Part shown: positions 50,866 to 60,828 of the stretch, piece after piece
Layout of the letters: the number at the start of each line of letters is the position of its first letter
Numbering within the stretch: the stretch's first letter is position 1
Source of the DNA: Candidatus Hodarchaeota archaeon
Lineage (GTDB): Archaea; Asgardarchaeota; Lokiarchaeia; Sigyniarchaeales; SOKP01
Reading direction: 5' to 3'
Assembly (NCBI GenBank): GCA_048887225.1
Contig: JBHLJY010000012.1
Span: 1-64,000, forward strand
Length of the DNA stretch: 64,000 bases
The notes under the pieces: generated by a model
Told to the model about the DNA's origin: nothing
Seen by the model: only the letters and a program-made list of their open reading frames with translations
The model's database searches: none
Made by a program: the position numbers and the translations under genes

Positions 50866-51432
50866 TTATTTATTATTTATGCTTGCTATATCCTCCTTTT
50901 TTTCATAATCACCAATACCTACAAGTTTATCAAACTCAGTACTCTTTAACAAAGTTCTAATTTCTTCTTCAGCTTCGGGGGAACGATGAGTTGTAGGGGG
51001 TACTCTACTCAGATTATATGATTCTCTCAGGTTATTCCACTTCTTATCATTAATAGGAACTCCATGCCCCCATTTATAAAGAAATCCGCATAAAGCTTTA
51101 TGTGGGCCTTGCATGATACCCTTTTGAACTGCTAAATTTCTCAAGAAAATAATCATATCTGTAACTGGCACACCTCGAGGACATCTTTCAAAGCAGGTAT
51201 AACATGTCGAGCAAAACCACAATTCTTTATCTGAAAGTACTTCATCAAGTCCTAATTGAGCTTTTCTTATTAAAGATCTTGTTCTCAAAGCAGTCCTTCT
51301 TCCCGAAGGACATCCTCCAGTACAAGTACCACATTGAATACATGACCCAATTTCTAATAATCCCGCGTCTCTCAATAAATTAGCTAATTCATCAGTGAAT
51401 TCTGTAATTTTATCAGACTTTAATTCTTCCAT
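50866..51432 (-). CDS. hdrC: Heterodisulfide reductase subunit C (orphan)
   Basis: CIQCGTCTGGCPSGRRT, WFCSTCYTCFERCPR and GHGVP motifs. Confidence 0.94.
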   Translation of the reverse strand: MEELKSDKITEFTDELANLLRDAGLLEIGSCIQCGTCTGGCPSGRRTALRTRSLIRKAQLGLDEVLSDKELWFCSTCYTCFERCPRGVPVTDMIIFLRNLAVQKGIMQGPHKALCGFLYKWGHGVPINDKKWNNLRESYNLSRVPPTTHRSPEAEEEIRTLLKSTEFDKLVGIGDYEKKEDIASINNK

Positions 51433-51739
51433 TATTCTTCCTTTTTATTTACTTTTCAAATTAAAATTATAAATAATAAATCAAAAGATGAAAAAGTATT
51501 TTTTAATAAAAACTTATTCTTTAAGATTTAGAACTAATCTGGGCACAAATTTTAATTCATATACATAGATTTTTTAAAAGGAGAATCCATTATTTTTTGA
51601 TTTTTTTCCCTTTCTTTTTAAATTCTTTCGATATATAATTGCGTCTTTATTTTTTGGTTCTATTTTTATACAAAAGAAAAGAAAAGCTTAGAGATCTAAG
51701 TCAGAATGTGCTGATTACAAGTTAATTTTAAATGAGAAA

Positions 51740-51973
51740 TTACACATTCTCAAAAATTTTATTCCAAATAATAAACAACTCATCAAGATATTCAGTTTGC
51801 TTTTCCTCGTTCAGAAAAGCTAATTCTTTTAATAAAATTTTTTTTTTTTCTTCAGAAACATTTAAATTCTTCAATCTTTCTCGAATTTTTGCGTCTAAAA
51901 CTGTATATATTCTTGAAAAATACTTTTTAACAATGTCAAGCTCTTCAAAATTTTTATCGTTAACTTTTATCAC
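51740..51973 (-). CDS. Small helical hypothetical protein
   Basis: 77-aa ORF co-oriented with its neighbours; plausible composition. Confidence 0.55.
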   Translation of the reverse strand: MIKVNDKNFEELDIVKKYFSRIYTVLDAKIRERLKNLNVSEEKKKILLKELAFLNEEKQTEYLDELFIIWNKIFENV

Positions 51974-52053
51974 CTATTTTATAAAAAATTAGCCTTCCAT
52001 ATAAAAATATAGGAGTTCAATTCTTCAAAATAACGAGTTTCAATTATTTAATT

Positions 52054-53103
52054 TCAAAGTGCTTCTACTCCAACATTTCTTATTAATTCTTTCATTTCAT
52101 CCGCAGTGCTAGCAAAAACTCCAACATTGCCAATCCTGACGTTTTTTAAACCGATTTTTTTTATCGCTGTATAAGTTTCTAATATTTCTGATAAATTTGG
52201 GGATCGATAATCTTTCAATTTATATTGCGGGAAGAACGCTAATATATGAAAAGGAAGAGTCTCATCTAATTCTACAATTAATTCAGCAATCTTCTCAAAC
52301 TGATCAATTTCTACTAGATTCGGAATGTAAACTGTTAGAATTTCTAAAACAAAATTTCTTTTTAAGATCTCTTTTGGAGAATTTAATACAGTTTTATTAG
52401 GAGTTCCGCATAGTTTTTTGTAAATATCAGCATCGAAGGCTTTAATGTCTAACCAATATGAGTCTAAACTAGCTTTTTGAAAGAGATCTAAATTTTTTGG
52501 AGTTAAACCATAACCATTAGACTCTAATAAAACCCATATATTATCACACTTTTTTTTTATTTTTTGTGTTACTTCCGCATAAAATTTTGCTTGGCATGCA
52601 ATATCACCTCCAGTAAACGCAACGATATTTCTTGCGGGTCCCCAACCCTGGGGACTTAATACTATTTCATCTCTTGAGACTTTATTTGGGCATAAAGGAC
52701 TTCTCTTATTAAAATAAATACATGATCCGCAATGTTTGCACAAATCAGTGGCGTAATACATTAATGCTCGTTCTCTTGGTTCAAAAATAGTAACTTTTTT
52801 CTCGTATTGCTTACAAAGTTCAGCAATTTCTTCTGTAGAATACCATTCACCGTTAAAATTTTTGGAAAATTCCCATGAATGACATTTCAAACAATTATGA
52901 TTACACCCTGATTGATAGATTGAAAAATAATCTTCTGGTCTTGATAAATGCATTGATTTAATAACTCGATGAAATTGACCCTTATCATATTTCAATGTAG
53001 AGATACATGCCGAGTTTGTAGAACCGTTTTTTAAAGAGACTTCACACGCACCTTTAGAGTATCCTTGCTTCACCATTCTACATGATATGGCTCTATTTTC
53101 CAT
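52054..53103 (-). CDS. Radical SAM protein (PFL-activating-enzyme-like)
   Basis: CNHNCLKC, FTGG, ESNG and DIKA motifs. Confidence 0.88.
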   Translation of the reverse strand: MENRAISCRMVKQGYSKGACEVSLKNGSTNSACISTLKYDKGQFHRVIKSMHLSRPEDYFSIYQSGCNHNCLKCHSWEFSKNFNGEWYSTEEIAELCKQYEKKVTIFEPRERALMYYATDLCKHCGSCIYFNKRSPLCPNKVSRDEIVLSPQGWGPARNIVAFTGGDIACQAKFYAEVTQKIKKKCDNIWVLLESNGYGLTPKNLDLFQKASLDSYWLDIKAFDADIYKKLCGTPNKTVLNSPKEILKRNFVLEILTVYIPNLVEIDQFEKIAELIVELDETLPFHILAFFPQYKLKDYRSPNLSEILETYTAIKKIGLKNVRIGNVGVFASTADEMKELIRNVGVEAL

Positions 53104-53128
53104 CTTTTAAAGAAAAAAAAAATTTATT

Positions 53129-55843
53129 TTAAATTATTGGAAGAGAAAAGTAAAATCTGCTGCCTTTATCTTTCCCTTCAGATTCTGCCCAAATTTTTCC
53201 ACCATGCAATTCCACGATTTTTTTAGAAATATATAATCCAAGTCCAGATCCTTTTATATCAATATCCCAACCTTCACCATATCTTTCAATCTTACCAAAT
53301 TGTTTAAATAATTTGCTTTTCTCCTCTTTGGTGAATCCAATTCCTTTATCTTCTATACAAATTACATAAAATTTTTCTTTTATTTCTGATTTAATCGTTA
53401 TCTCTCCACCAGGAGGAGTGTATTTAATGGCGTTTGTTAATAAGTTTGAAACAACTTCATACATTTTCTCTTTATCGAACGAAGCTGTTAAATATTCGTG
53501 AATATTTAATATGATTTTCTGATTTCTAAGTTCCAACATTCCCCGCAAATCTCGCAAAACAAATTTAATTAGAAAAGTTAAATCTTCTGTTGATTTATTT
53601 AACTCAAGAAGTCCTTGTTCTAATCTCGAACTTTCAAGAAGTGCATTAATATTTTCTTCCAAACGTATGCCTCCTTCCTTTATATCTTCTATAATTGAGA
53701 TCATATCTGTATCTAATTTGGAAGAGTGGAGTGTGAGTAAGAGATCAGTAAAGCCTTTAATTGCGATAAGAGGTGTCTTTAGTTCATGTGAGGTTCTAGA
53801 TAATAACTCCGTCTTAAGCTTATTTTGTTCCTCTAAATGTTGTTGTACTTGCCATCTTCTCTGCTCTATCTCAATTGCGTCGGATATTAAAAATAATACT
53901 AATACATCTTGGTGGTCTAGATATGGATTTTCTCGATGAAAAACACATATTCCACTATTATATTCTTCTTCTTGTGACTTAATTAATTTACCAAAACAAC
54001 CTTTTGCTTTTTTCTCTTTAATATATCGATCAGTCATAGCATAGTTAGTTTCATTTATATTAATAAATGTTTGAGTATAATCGTGATCTGCTTGAAACAA
54101 TTCGCTAATAATGAAATGATTTTCAAATTCTTCAGAATCTAAAATTAAACTCTCTTTATCACTTGACATTAATTGGTATTTTTCAATTCCATTTTGTATT
54201 TGTCGATAACAATATAATACAACTTCTGCATTTAATAATTTACAACAAGTTTCAAGTAACATTTCAATATTGTTTTGGACATCTGTGGTGAAATTCAAAA
54301 AATTTACATTTAATTCGTAAATAAGCCTCTCATACATCTTTTTCTCTGTGATATCATCCAGCCACATAACAAAACCTATTAATTCTCCTTTATCGTTGTA
54401 TTGATTCAATCTGTTGCCTTTGACCCATTTTAGATTTCCATTTTTATCATATAGTCTAAATTCAACTTCTTCAGTCTCAGTTGCTTTATAAAACGTTTTA
54501 ATATCTTCAGGATGAATGATCTTTTCAAAAATCGTTTTATCTAAAGTTTTTTCTTTCTTGTAGCCCAGAATATTTAATAACTTAGGGTTAGTATATTTAA
54601 TATTTTTCACTCTAAAATCATATTCCAATATTCCCATTAATGATTGCTCCGTAATCATTCTAAATTTTTTTTCAGAATCTTTTAGTTTTTGTTCAGTGAT
54701 CTTTAAATCTGTAATATCTGTCCACGAACCAATAGTCTCTATTGGGTTTCCGTTTTCGTCTTTAATTAGTTTAGCTTCATCACGCATCCAATGATAAGTT
54801 CCGTCTTTAAATTTAAAGCGATAGTCGTAGATTATATTTCCCTTTTCAGGTAATATTGAGAGTTTTGATAAAACTTCTTCTGTATCTTCTGGATGAATAT
54901 TATTTAGCCAAAAATCTGAATATTTTATGAAGTCTTCAGATATATAACCTGTTTGAGCCTCTACATTTTCACTAATAAATGTAGCACTGTAATCCCCTGA
55001 TGCTTTAGAAGTATAAATCATCATTGGACTTGATGAAATAAGATATTTAAATCGTTCTTCAGATTCTTTTAATTTTTGATCCTTCATTTTTCTTTCAGTT
55101 ATATCTCTTGAAATAGTAAGACCTTTTACTAATCCATCCTTATTTCTAAATGCTCTGCCTCTAACTTCTATCCAAATATAAGTCCCATCTTTCTTTCTAT
55201 ATCTTAATTCTGCCTTTCCTTCACCATATTTTAAACGTTCTTTTATAAGATTTGCTATCTCGTTTGCATTGTCAGGATGGATAAATTTTAAAAATGGCTT
55301 CCCCATTAAATCCTTTTTTGAATATCCTAATACTCTTTTGTGAACTTCTTCATTAATAAATTCAAATCTTAATTTCTCGTTAAAAACTGCAATCAAATCG
55401 TTTGCGTGTTCTGAAATTACTCTATAAGTCTCTTCACTTAGTTCTAAATTCTTGTATTTGGATAGATCTTTTAGAATTAAAAGCAATTTTTTTTGGTGAT
55501 TATCATCTCTGAATGGTTTTATTTTACATTCAAACCACTTAAATTCACCGTTTATGTTTTTAATTCTCAGTTCTTCGTAAACAGCTTCAATGTCTACGCT
55601 TTTCTTTAATACGGTAAGAAATTTATTTGAATCATCTGGATACATAAAATCCAAAATCGATTGTTCGATTAAATCTTTGCTTGAATATCCTAATGATTTC
55701 AGAAATAGCGGTTCATTAATATATTCAAATCTGAAAAAATCGTGGGATTCAACGATAGCAATTAAATCGTTGATATTTTCAATAATTAATGGATATATAT
55801 TAAAAGTGTTAGGTTTTAAACCAATCATAGTTTTCTCTTCCAC
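53129..55843 (-). CDS. Multi-PAS sensor histidine kinase
   Basis: Four PAS/PAC repeats (HPED...W...), SHELKTPL, NAIKY, D.GIG and GSGLGL motifs. Confidence 0.94.
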   Translation of the reverse strand: MEEKTMIGLKPNTFNIYPLIIENINDLIAIVESHDFFRFEYINEPLFLKSLGYSSKDLIEQSILDFMYPDDSNKFLTVLKKSVDIEAVYEELRIKNINGEFKWFECKIKPFRDDNHQKKLLLILKDLSKYKNLELSEETYRVISEHANDLIAVFNEKLRFEFINEEVHKRVLGYSKKDLMGKPFLKFIHPDNANEIANLIKERLKYGEGKAELRYRKKDGTYIWIEVRGRAFRNKDGLVKGLTISRDITERKMKDQKLKESEERFKYLISSSPMMIYTSKASGDYSATFISENVEAQTGYISEDFIKYSDFWLNNIHPEDTEEVLSKLSILPEKGNIIYDYRFKFKDGTYHWMRDEAKLIKDENGNPIETIGSWTDITDLKITEQKLKDSEKKFRMITEQSLMGILEYDFRVKNIKYTNPKLLNILGYKKEKTLDKTIFEKIIHPEDIKTFYKATETEEVEFRLYDKNGNLKWVKGNRLNQYNDKGELIGFVMWLDDITEKKMYERLIYELNVNFLNFTTDVQNNIEMLLETCCKLLNAEVVLYCYRQIQNGIEKYQLMSSDKESLILDSEEFENHFIISELFQADHDYTQTFININETNYAMTDRYIKEKKAKGCFGKLIKSQEEEYNSGICVFHRENPYLDHQDVLVLFLISDAIEIEQRRWQVQQHLEEQNKLKTELLSRTSHELKTPLIAIKGFTDLLLTLHSSKLDTDMISIIEDIKEGGIRLEENINALLESSRLEQGLLELNKSTEDLTFLIKFVLRDLRGMLELRNQKIILNIHEYLTASFDKEKMYEVVSNLLTNAIKYTPPGGEITIKSEIKEKFYVICIEDKGIGFTKEEKSKLFKQFGKIERYGEGWDIDIKGSGLGLYISKKIVELHGGKIWAESEGKDKGSRFYFSLPII

Positions 55844-55976
55844 CTTTTTTTATTCCAATGCGAATTTTTCTTTAAGATCTAATTAATATTATAGAAGAAT
55901 ATGATTTATTTATTTTATTTGCAACACTGAGAGAGTGTGAAAATAATTAAATAATTTATCATCCTAATTTGTATTT

Positions 55977-56405
55977 ATGGAATTAATAAGTAATGATTTT
56001 AAGCATAATGAGTTGATGGATAAAAAATTTTCATATCGAGCAGATAATAAATCGCCTCATTTAAAATGGAGTGATCCACCAAGCAGCACTAAAAGCTTTG
56101 CCATCTCGTGTAATGACCCAGATGCTCCTGTAGGCGATTGGATCCATTGGTATGTTATTAACATCCCGAGGGATGTAATAGAAATACCACAAGGAGGTCC
56201 CATTCCAGGAAAAGAATTAGAAAACGATTATGGTCAAAAAGGTTATGGGGGGCCTGCTCCTCCAAGTGGAACGCATAGATATTTCTTTAAAGTTTACGCT
56301 CTTGACATTGAAAAGTTAGAGGGTGTTAATAAAAGAAATTTTAAAGAAAAGATAAAAAAATATACTCTTGATTCGGCAGAAATTATAGGTTTATATAAAA
56401 GCTAA
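55977..56405 (+). CDS. YbhB/YbcL (PEBP) family protein
   Basis: SPHLKW, DPDAP, HW and GPAPPSGTHRY motifs. Confidence 0.92.
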   Translation: MELISNDFKHNELMDKKFSYRADNKSPHLKWSDPPSSTKSFAISCNDPDAPVGDWIHWYVINIPRDVIEIPQGGPIPGKELENDYGQKGYGGPAPPSGTHRYFFKVYALDIEKLEGVNKRNFKEKIKKYTLDSAEIIGLYKS

Positions 56406-56457
56406 TGAATATCCCTTTCTAACTGGCGCTTTTTAGATGAAATAAAGAATAAATTAT

Positions 56458-58173
56458 TTAGGCATTTATTACCTTAATTTTTGGTGTATAATAATTTCCA
56501 ATAGCATAGTTGTTGAAATTTATACTATAATGTTCTCTCCAATGCGCCTTAACATCGTCTAAAACAGCGTTATATATGCTTTCTTTAATTTTACCTTTAG
56601 AAACAAGCGTCTTGCTAATAAGTGAGGTCATTATTTCACCATCCTTAACTACAATTTGACCATCTTTTATTGTAAATGTTGCGTTAGAAAACGCTTTCTC
56701 GATGGAATTACCATCCATTTTATTCGGATCTAATTTGAATATTGAAACATCTCCTATCGCTCCTACACCTAAATGACCTCTATCTGTCATACCTAAACAT
56801 TTCGCTGTACCCGCTCTCGAGACTATACATAATTCGTTTAAAGTTAGTTCTCGATCAATGTCCCTCAGTTGCGTCTGTGAGTTTGCTTTTGGAGAACAGA
56901 CATTATCGAGCATATCAATTCTCGTTTTTTTATCCATTAACCATCTAATGATTTTTGGATAATAAATGAAAGGACCTCCGTTCGGATGATCAGTTGTCAT
57001 GTAAATTTGATAAGGATTTTTAATTAAAAGCAATAATTCAAGACCAATGGCCCATTGAATAGCATTAACGCCTACTTTAGGAGAAAAGAAATATGGTACA
57101 ACTCCAGAACCAGATTCCCCTTCAACTTGACCATTTATCCATTTTATACCTGGTTTAGACCCCCATGCTGACATTCCACCAAGGTGGTGGAGAGCGAATT
57201 CCCAGGGACCATCTGCAGTCATAGTTGTTGTTGCTGCTTTGGCAAAAATCACTTGTCCAACATCAATAGTAATATGTTTATGCGTGTTAAGATAATCTGC
57301 TATTTGAGCGGCTCCTGAACTAAAATTACCCCAATTTGTTCCTGCGTAAGCATTAAATTGACAATGTGTCAAGTGAAAAGTGGTTTCACGTCCTTTTTTA
57401 GGTTTAATCTTTTCCGAAGCTTTAAATGTTTCGATGGTATGTTCAAAATTTCCTGGATGTCCAAGATTATTTGCGTGGACATGAATTGTGTGAGGTAATT
57501 CTAATATTTCATTTACTTTTGCTAATCCTTCGATAATCTCTCTAGGGGTTACTTCAAAATGAAAAACGTGATCATCTAAAGATTCAACATTTTTACCCCA
57601 TGCCCAATTTTCAACCCCTCCGGGATTTACAATTTTAACAGCATATCCTTTTGTGGCTTCTAAAATCCATGATACATATCCCGCCAATTTATCATAATCC
57701 CTATCTTTGATATATTTCATTACAAACCAATTATTTCCAAATAATGGAAAAGCAGCTTTATCAATTATAGGAATCTCTAAAAATTCTTCATGAGTATGTC
57801 GTGCTTCAAGTAATGGCATAGCGGGTTCAACTACAGTTGTATAACCAAGTTTAGCATATCGATATCCAGTAATCCAAGTCGAAGGAACAGAATATCCAGT
57901 CCCACTACGAGCTAATTTTGACTTTTGAACAGGATCGATGTAATGATCTTCTGGTCGAAAAATCCTTCCAGCATTGACTTTTGCTCCAGCGATATGAGAA
58001 TGTATATCAACACCTCCAGGCATAACAATCATTCCCGAGGCATCTATTATTTTCGCATCCTCATTTACTTTATCTACTACAATACCGTCTTTAATGTGGA
58101 TTTCTTTTTTTTCACCCTCAATGCCATTTAAGGGATCATAAACCAAGCCATTTTTAATAATTAGATCTTTCAT
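56458..58173 (-). CDS. fwdA: Formylmethanofuran dehydrogenase subunit A
   Basis: IKNG.VYDP.NG, DIHSHIAG, KIVNPGG and TTDHPNGGP motifs; ATG 58173 preferred over TTG 58200. Confidence 0.95.
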   Translation of the reverse strand: MKDLIIKNGLVYDPLNGIEGEKKEIHIKDGIVVDKVNEDAKIIDASGMIVMPGGVDIHSHIAGAKVNAGRIFRPEDHYIDPVQKSKLARSGTGYSVPSTWITGYRYAKLGYTTVVEPAMPLLEARHTHEEFLEIPIIDKAAFPLFGNNWFVMKYIKDRDYDKLAGYVSWILEATKGYAVKIVNPGGVENWAWGKNVESLDDHVFHFEVTPREIIEGLAKVNEILELPHTIHVHANNLGHPGNFEHTIETFKASEKIKPKKGRETTFHLTHCQFNAYAGTNWGNFSSGAAQIADYLNTHKHITIDVGQVIFAKAATTTMTADGPWEFALHHLGGMSAWGSKPGIKWINGQVEGESGSGVVPYFFSPKVGVNAIQWAIGLELLLLIKNPYQIYMTTDHPNGGPFIYYPKIIRWLMDKKTRIDMLDNVCSPKANSQTQLRDIDRELTLNELCIVSRAGTAKCLGMTDRGHLGVGAIGDVSIFKLDPNKMDGNSIEKAFSNATFTIKDGQIVVKDGEIMTSLISKTLVSKGKIKESIYNAVLDDVKAHWREHYSINFNNYAIGNYYTPKIKVINA

Positions 58174-58317
58174 AACAATATTCTTAAAATTTAGCCACAA
58201 TTTTCAGAGAAATTCTAATATTTTAAAGAATCTATTATTTTTATAAAAATTTATTATTAAATTTAAGTCAACTAATTTTTATGATTTTAAAGCATAAAAG
58301 CATTTAAATAAAAAGAA

Positions 58318-58692
58318 TTAATCTTGCCCAAACATATCTCCAAATGCACCCATCATTGCTTCAATCATTTTCTTAAGAAAATCTCCGAAAAATAAATCGT
58401 TCAATAAATTATAGACTTTTTTGAAATCTTTTTCCTCCTTAAACTTTAATAGCATAGTTCTTTTTTTTTGATTAATTTCGATATCACAGTCTAAAGGTTC
58501 TTTCTTGCCTAGAAATTGTCCGAGAGATTGTTTCATTTCATCTCCGTCTCTGAGCATTCCACCAACCATCTGATTCTCTTCAATGTTTGATTCAAGTATT
58601 GAGATTTTTATCGATAAATCCTCCTCTTTTTTTTCAAGTTTAACAGCTTTTTGGAGTTGTTCTTTTATCTCTTCCCAATCAAGATTTTCCAT
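58318..58692 (-). CDS. Hypothetical protein
   Basis: 124-aa ORF with normal composition. Confidence 0.7.
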   Translation of the reverse strand: MENLDWEEIKEQLQKAVKLEKKEEDLSIKISILESNIEENQMVGGMLRDGDEMKQSLGQFLGKKEPLDCDIEINQKKRTMLLKFKEEKDFKKVYNLLNDLFFGDFLKKMIEAMMGAFGDMFGQD

Positions 58693-58906
58693 TTTTTAAT
58701 CTTCCATTTAAAAATAAGTATTTATTAAATAATTGAAAGATCCTTTAAAATATAAAACTCGTTAATTTTAGTTATTCTAAAAAGAAATAGATTGAAATTT
58801 CTTTATTTAAAATTTTTCAATGATAAAATGGTATCTTATAGCTAGATTTATATATAACAAAACATCAAATTTATCATAACAACTTAACAAAATATGGTGT
58901 AATTCT

Positions 58907-59425
58907 ATGAATACTGGACAAATATTATGTGTATTAGCTGCAATTATCACTCTCATTGCGACCTATATATTCTACTGGTTTTCATATATCTATTTGGATC
59001 TTTATTACATTAATGGTATTGGATTTTTAAAAAATTACTTGGATCTGTGGATGAATCCAAATACTAATGCTTTATTTTATGGATTACCATTAATATTTTA
59101 CTATGCTATTGTAGTCCTGTTCACTATTTTCATGATTTCTCCAATTCTACAACTAGTTGGCTTGAAAAAAAAATTTGCTCCTTATGTAGGGGGTGTTATG
59201 CCTTTAGTTATCGGTGTTTTTATATTATTATATGCTTTGATTGGGTTTGCTCCAAGCTTCATAAAATGGCTTCTAATGTTTGGTGATACAGAGCCTTTGA
59301 TTGAAGGTGCCTTTCCCTTAGTATTAGCAATTGAGGGACGCTTTGAATTTTGGGGAACCTACGTATTGATTGCAGCAGGGATCTTAAGTCTTATCGCCGG
59401 AAAAAAAAGCGGGGAGGGACTTTAA
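58907..59425 (+). CDS. Hypothetical 4-TM membrane protein
   Basis: Four hydrophobic helices. Confidence 0.75.
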   Translation: MNTGQILCVLAAIITLIATYIFYWFSYIYLDLYYINGIGFLKNYLDLWMNPNTNALFYGLPLIFYYAIVVLFTIFMISPILQLVGLKKKFAPYVGGVMPLVIGVFILLYALIGFAPSFIKWLLMFGDTEPLIEGAFPLVLAIEGRFEFWGTYVLIAAGILSLIAGKKSGEGL

Positions 59426-59563
59426 ATAACAACATTTTTTTTTTTAAATTTAATTAGGAATATCATCACCGATATTCAATCTTTATACGAAGCCATAGAA
59501 CTTCTACTTTTTCCAACTTTTACAATAGTTTTTTCCCTCTATAAATAATTGAGGATTTAAAAA

Positions 59564-60085
59564 ATGGAAACTGAAAATGTAAAAGAAAGTGAGGAAAAAA
59601 AATCAAAAGCTTTCGATGTGAGACCTCTAAGCCTTAGAATTTCCTTAATTGCTATAACAGCTGCCTTATATATTGCTCTTGGATATATATTTCAACCTAT
59701 AAGCTTTCTAGGAGTACAATTTCGAGTAGCTGAATTAATAGTAGGAATGTGTATCATTTTTCCTTTAGAGGGGTTAATAGGAAATGTCATTGGGGTATTT
59801 TTCGTCAACCTATCTTCACCGCTTGGTCCGATCGATTTAATTAGTTGTATAGTTAATGTGCCGGCGCTATACTGTATAATATATTTTAGAGATAGAGGGA
59901 GGTTAAAGTACTTAGGAGGTGTATTATACGCAATTATAATATCGATTTATGTAGCGATAATTTTAAATATTGTGTTAGCACTGCCAATCTGGCTTATGTT
60001 CATTCAAGTTCTAATCTCTGAAATCATATTAGCAACTCTGGGAATATTTCTATTTGATAAAATTAAGAAAAAGTTAGAGATTTAG
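59564..60085 (+). CDS. queT: QueT-family ECF S-component transporter
   Basis: AALY..L.....PISF..VQFRVAE and SPLG.ID motifs. Confidence 0.85.
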   Translation: METENVKESEEKKSKAFDVRPLSLRISLIAITAALYIALGYIFQPISFLGVQFRVAELIVGMCIIFPLEGLIGNVIGVFFVNLSSPLGPIDLISCIVNVPALYCIIYFRDRGRLKYLGGVLYAIIISIYVAIILNIVLALPIWLMFIQVLISEIILATLGIFLFDKIKKKLEI

Positions 60086-60118
60086 CCCTAATTAGTCAAA
60101 GAAAAGATATATAATTAA

Positions 60119-60793
60119 TCATTGCTGGTAAATTTTCATTAGTTTTTCGAGATCAATAGGATCATTTATATTGATGAAACTAATTAACTTCTCATCTATA
60201 GGGTGGATTGCGTTTTCTATAGATATATAGTTAATGTTCCAATCATTATCTAGTAAATTTGTTAACTTATACGATTTATTCCTTAAATTCTCTTTTGCTA
60301 TTTGAAACGCTTTTTTAATTGGATAGATGGCAAATAGAGGTTCTAAATATCCATTATTCCATCTTGGAATACAACAATCAAAAACTTCAGATTTTTTAAT
60401 TATTAATTCAACTATTTCATGCTTAATTAAAGGTGTATCACAAGATAATATGAAAACCATATCGTATCCTAAGTTATCAAGTTCTTTGAAAGCTGAATAC
60501 ATCCCAATCATCGGAGTACGAAATTCTTTGTCAGAAATGATCTCTTTATCGTCCAAAATAAAACCTTTTATGTTTTCAGTATTAATCTTGATTTTATAAG
60601 TCTGAACCTGATCTTGGGAATGAGCCACTAAAAAAATATCGAGCTTAAATTTTGATAATGTTTCAATTTGATATGATATTAATGGTTTTCCAAGGAATTC
60701 AAAAATTCCTTTATCACTTCCAAAACGAGTGCTTTTTCCACCAATTAAAATTGCAAATGCAAGATATTTGTTGTTATTGCTTATCTTTGACAT
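60119..60793 (-). CDS. mobA: Molybdenum cofactor guanylyltransferase
   Basis: ILIGGKSTRFGSDK, SCDTP, EPLFAIY and NIN.P.D motifs. Confidence 0.9.
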   Translation of the reverse strand: MSKISNNNKYLAFAILIGGKSTRFGSDKGIFEFLGKPLISYQIETLSKFKLDIFLVAHSQDQVQTYKIKINTENIKGFILDDKEIISDKEFRTPMIGMYSAFKELDNLGYDMVFILSCDTPLIKHEIVELIIKKSEVFDCCIPRWNNGYLEPLFAIYPIKKAFQIAKENLRNKSYKLTNLLDNDWNINYISIENAIHPIDEKLISFININDPIDLEKLMKIYQQ

Positions 60794-60828
60794 CTTTCTT
60801 TATTAATTGGATACTTTCAGGTTAACTC

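Noticed and set aside
59426-59563. preQ1 riboswitch upstream of queT
   Set aside because: Only a small GAATATC/GATATTC hairpin is present; no recognisable preQ1 consensus
758-60599. Many short antisense or overlapping ORFs in the track (e.g. 758-1048, 3211-3417, 25129-25527, 45735-46178)
   Set aside because: They are shadows of well-supported genes, with no motifs or RBS
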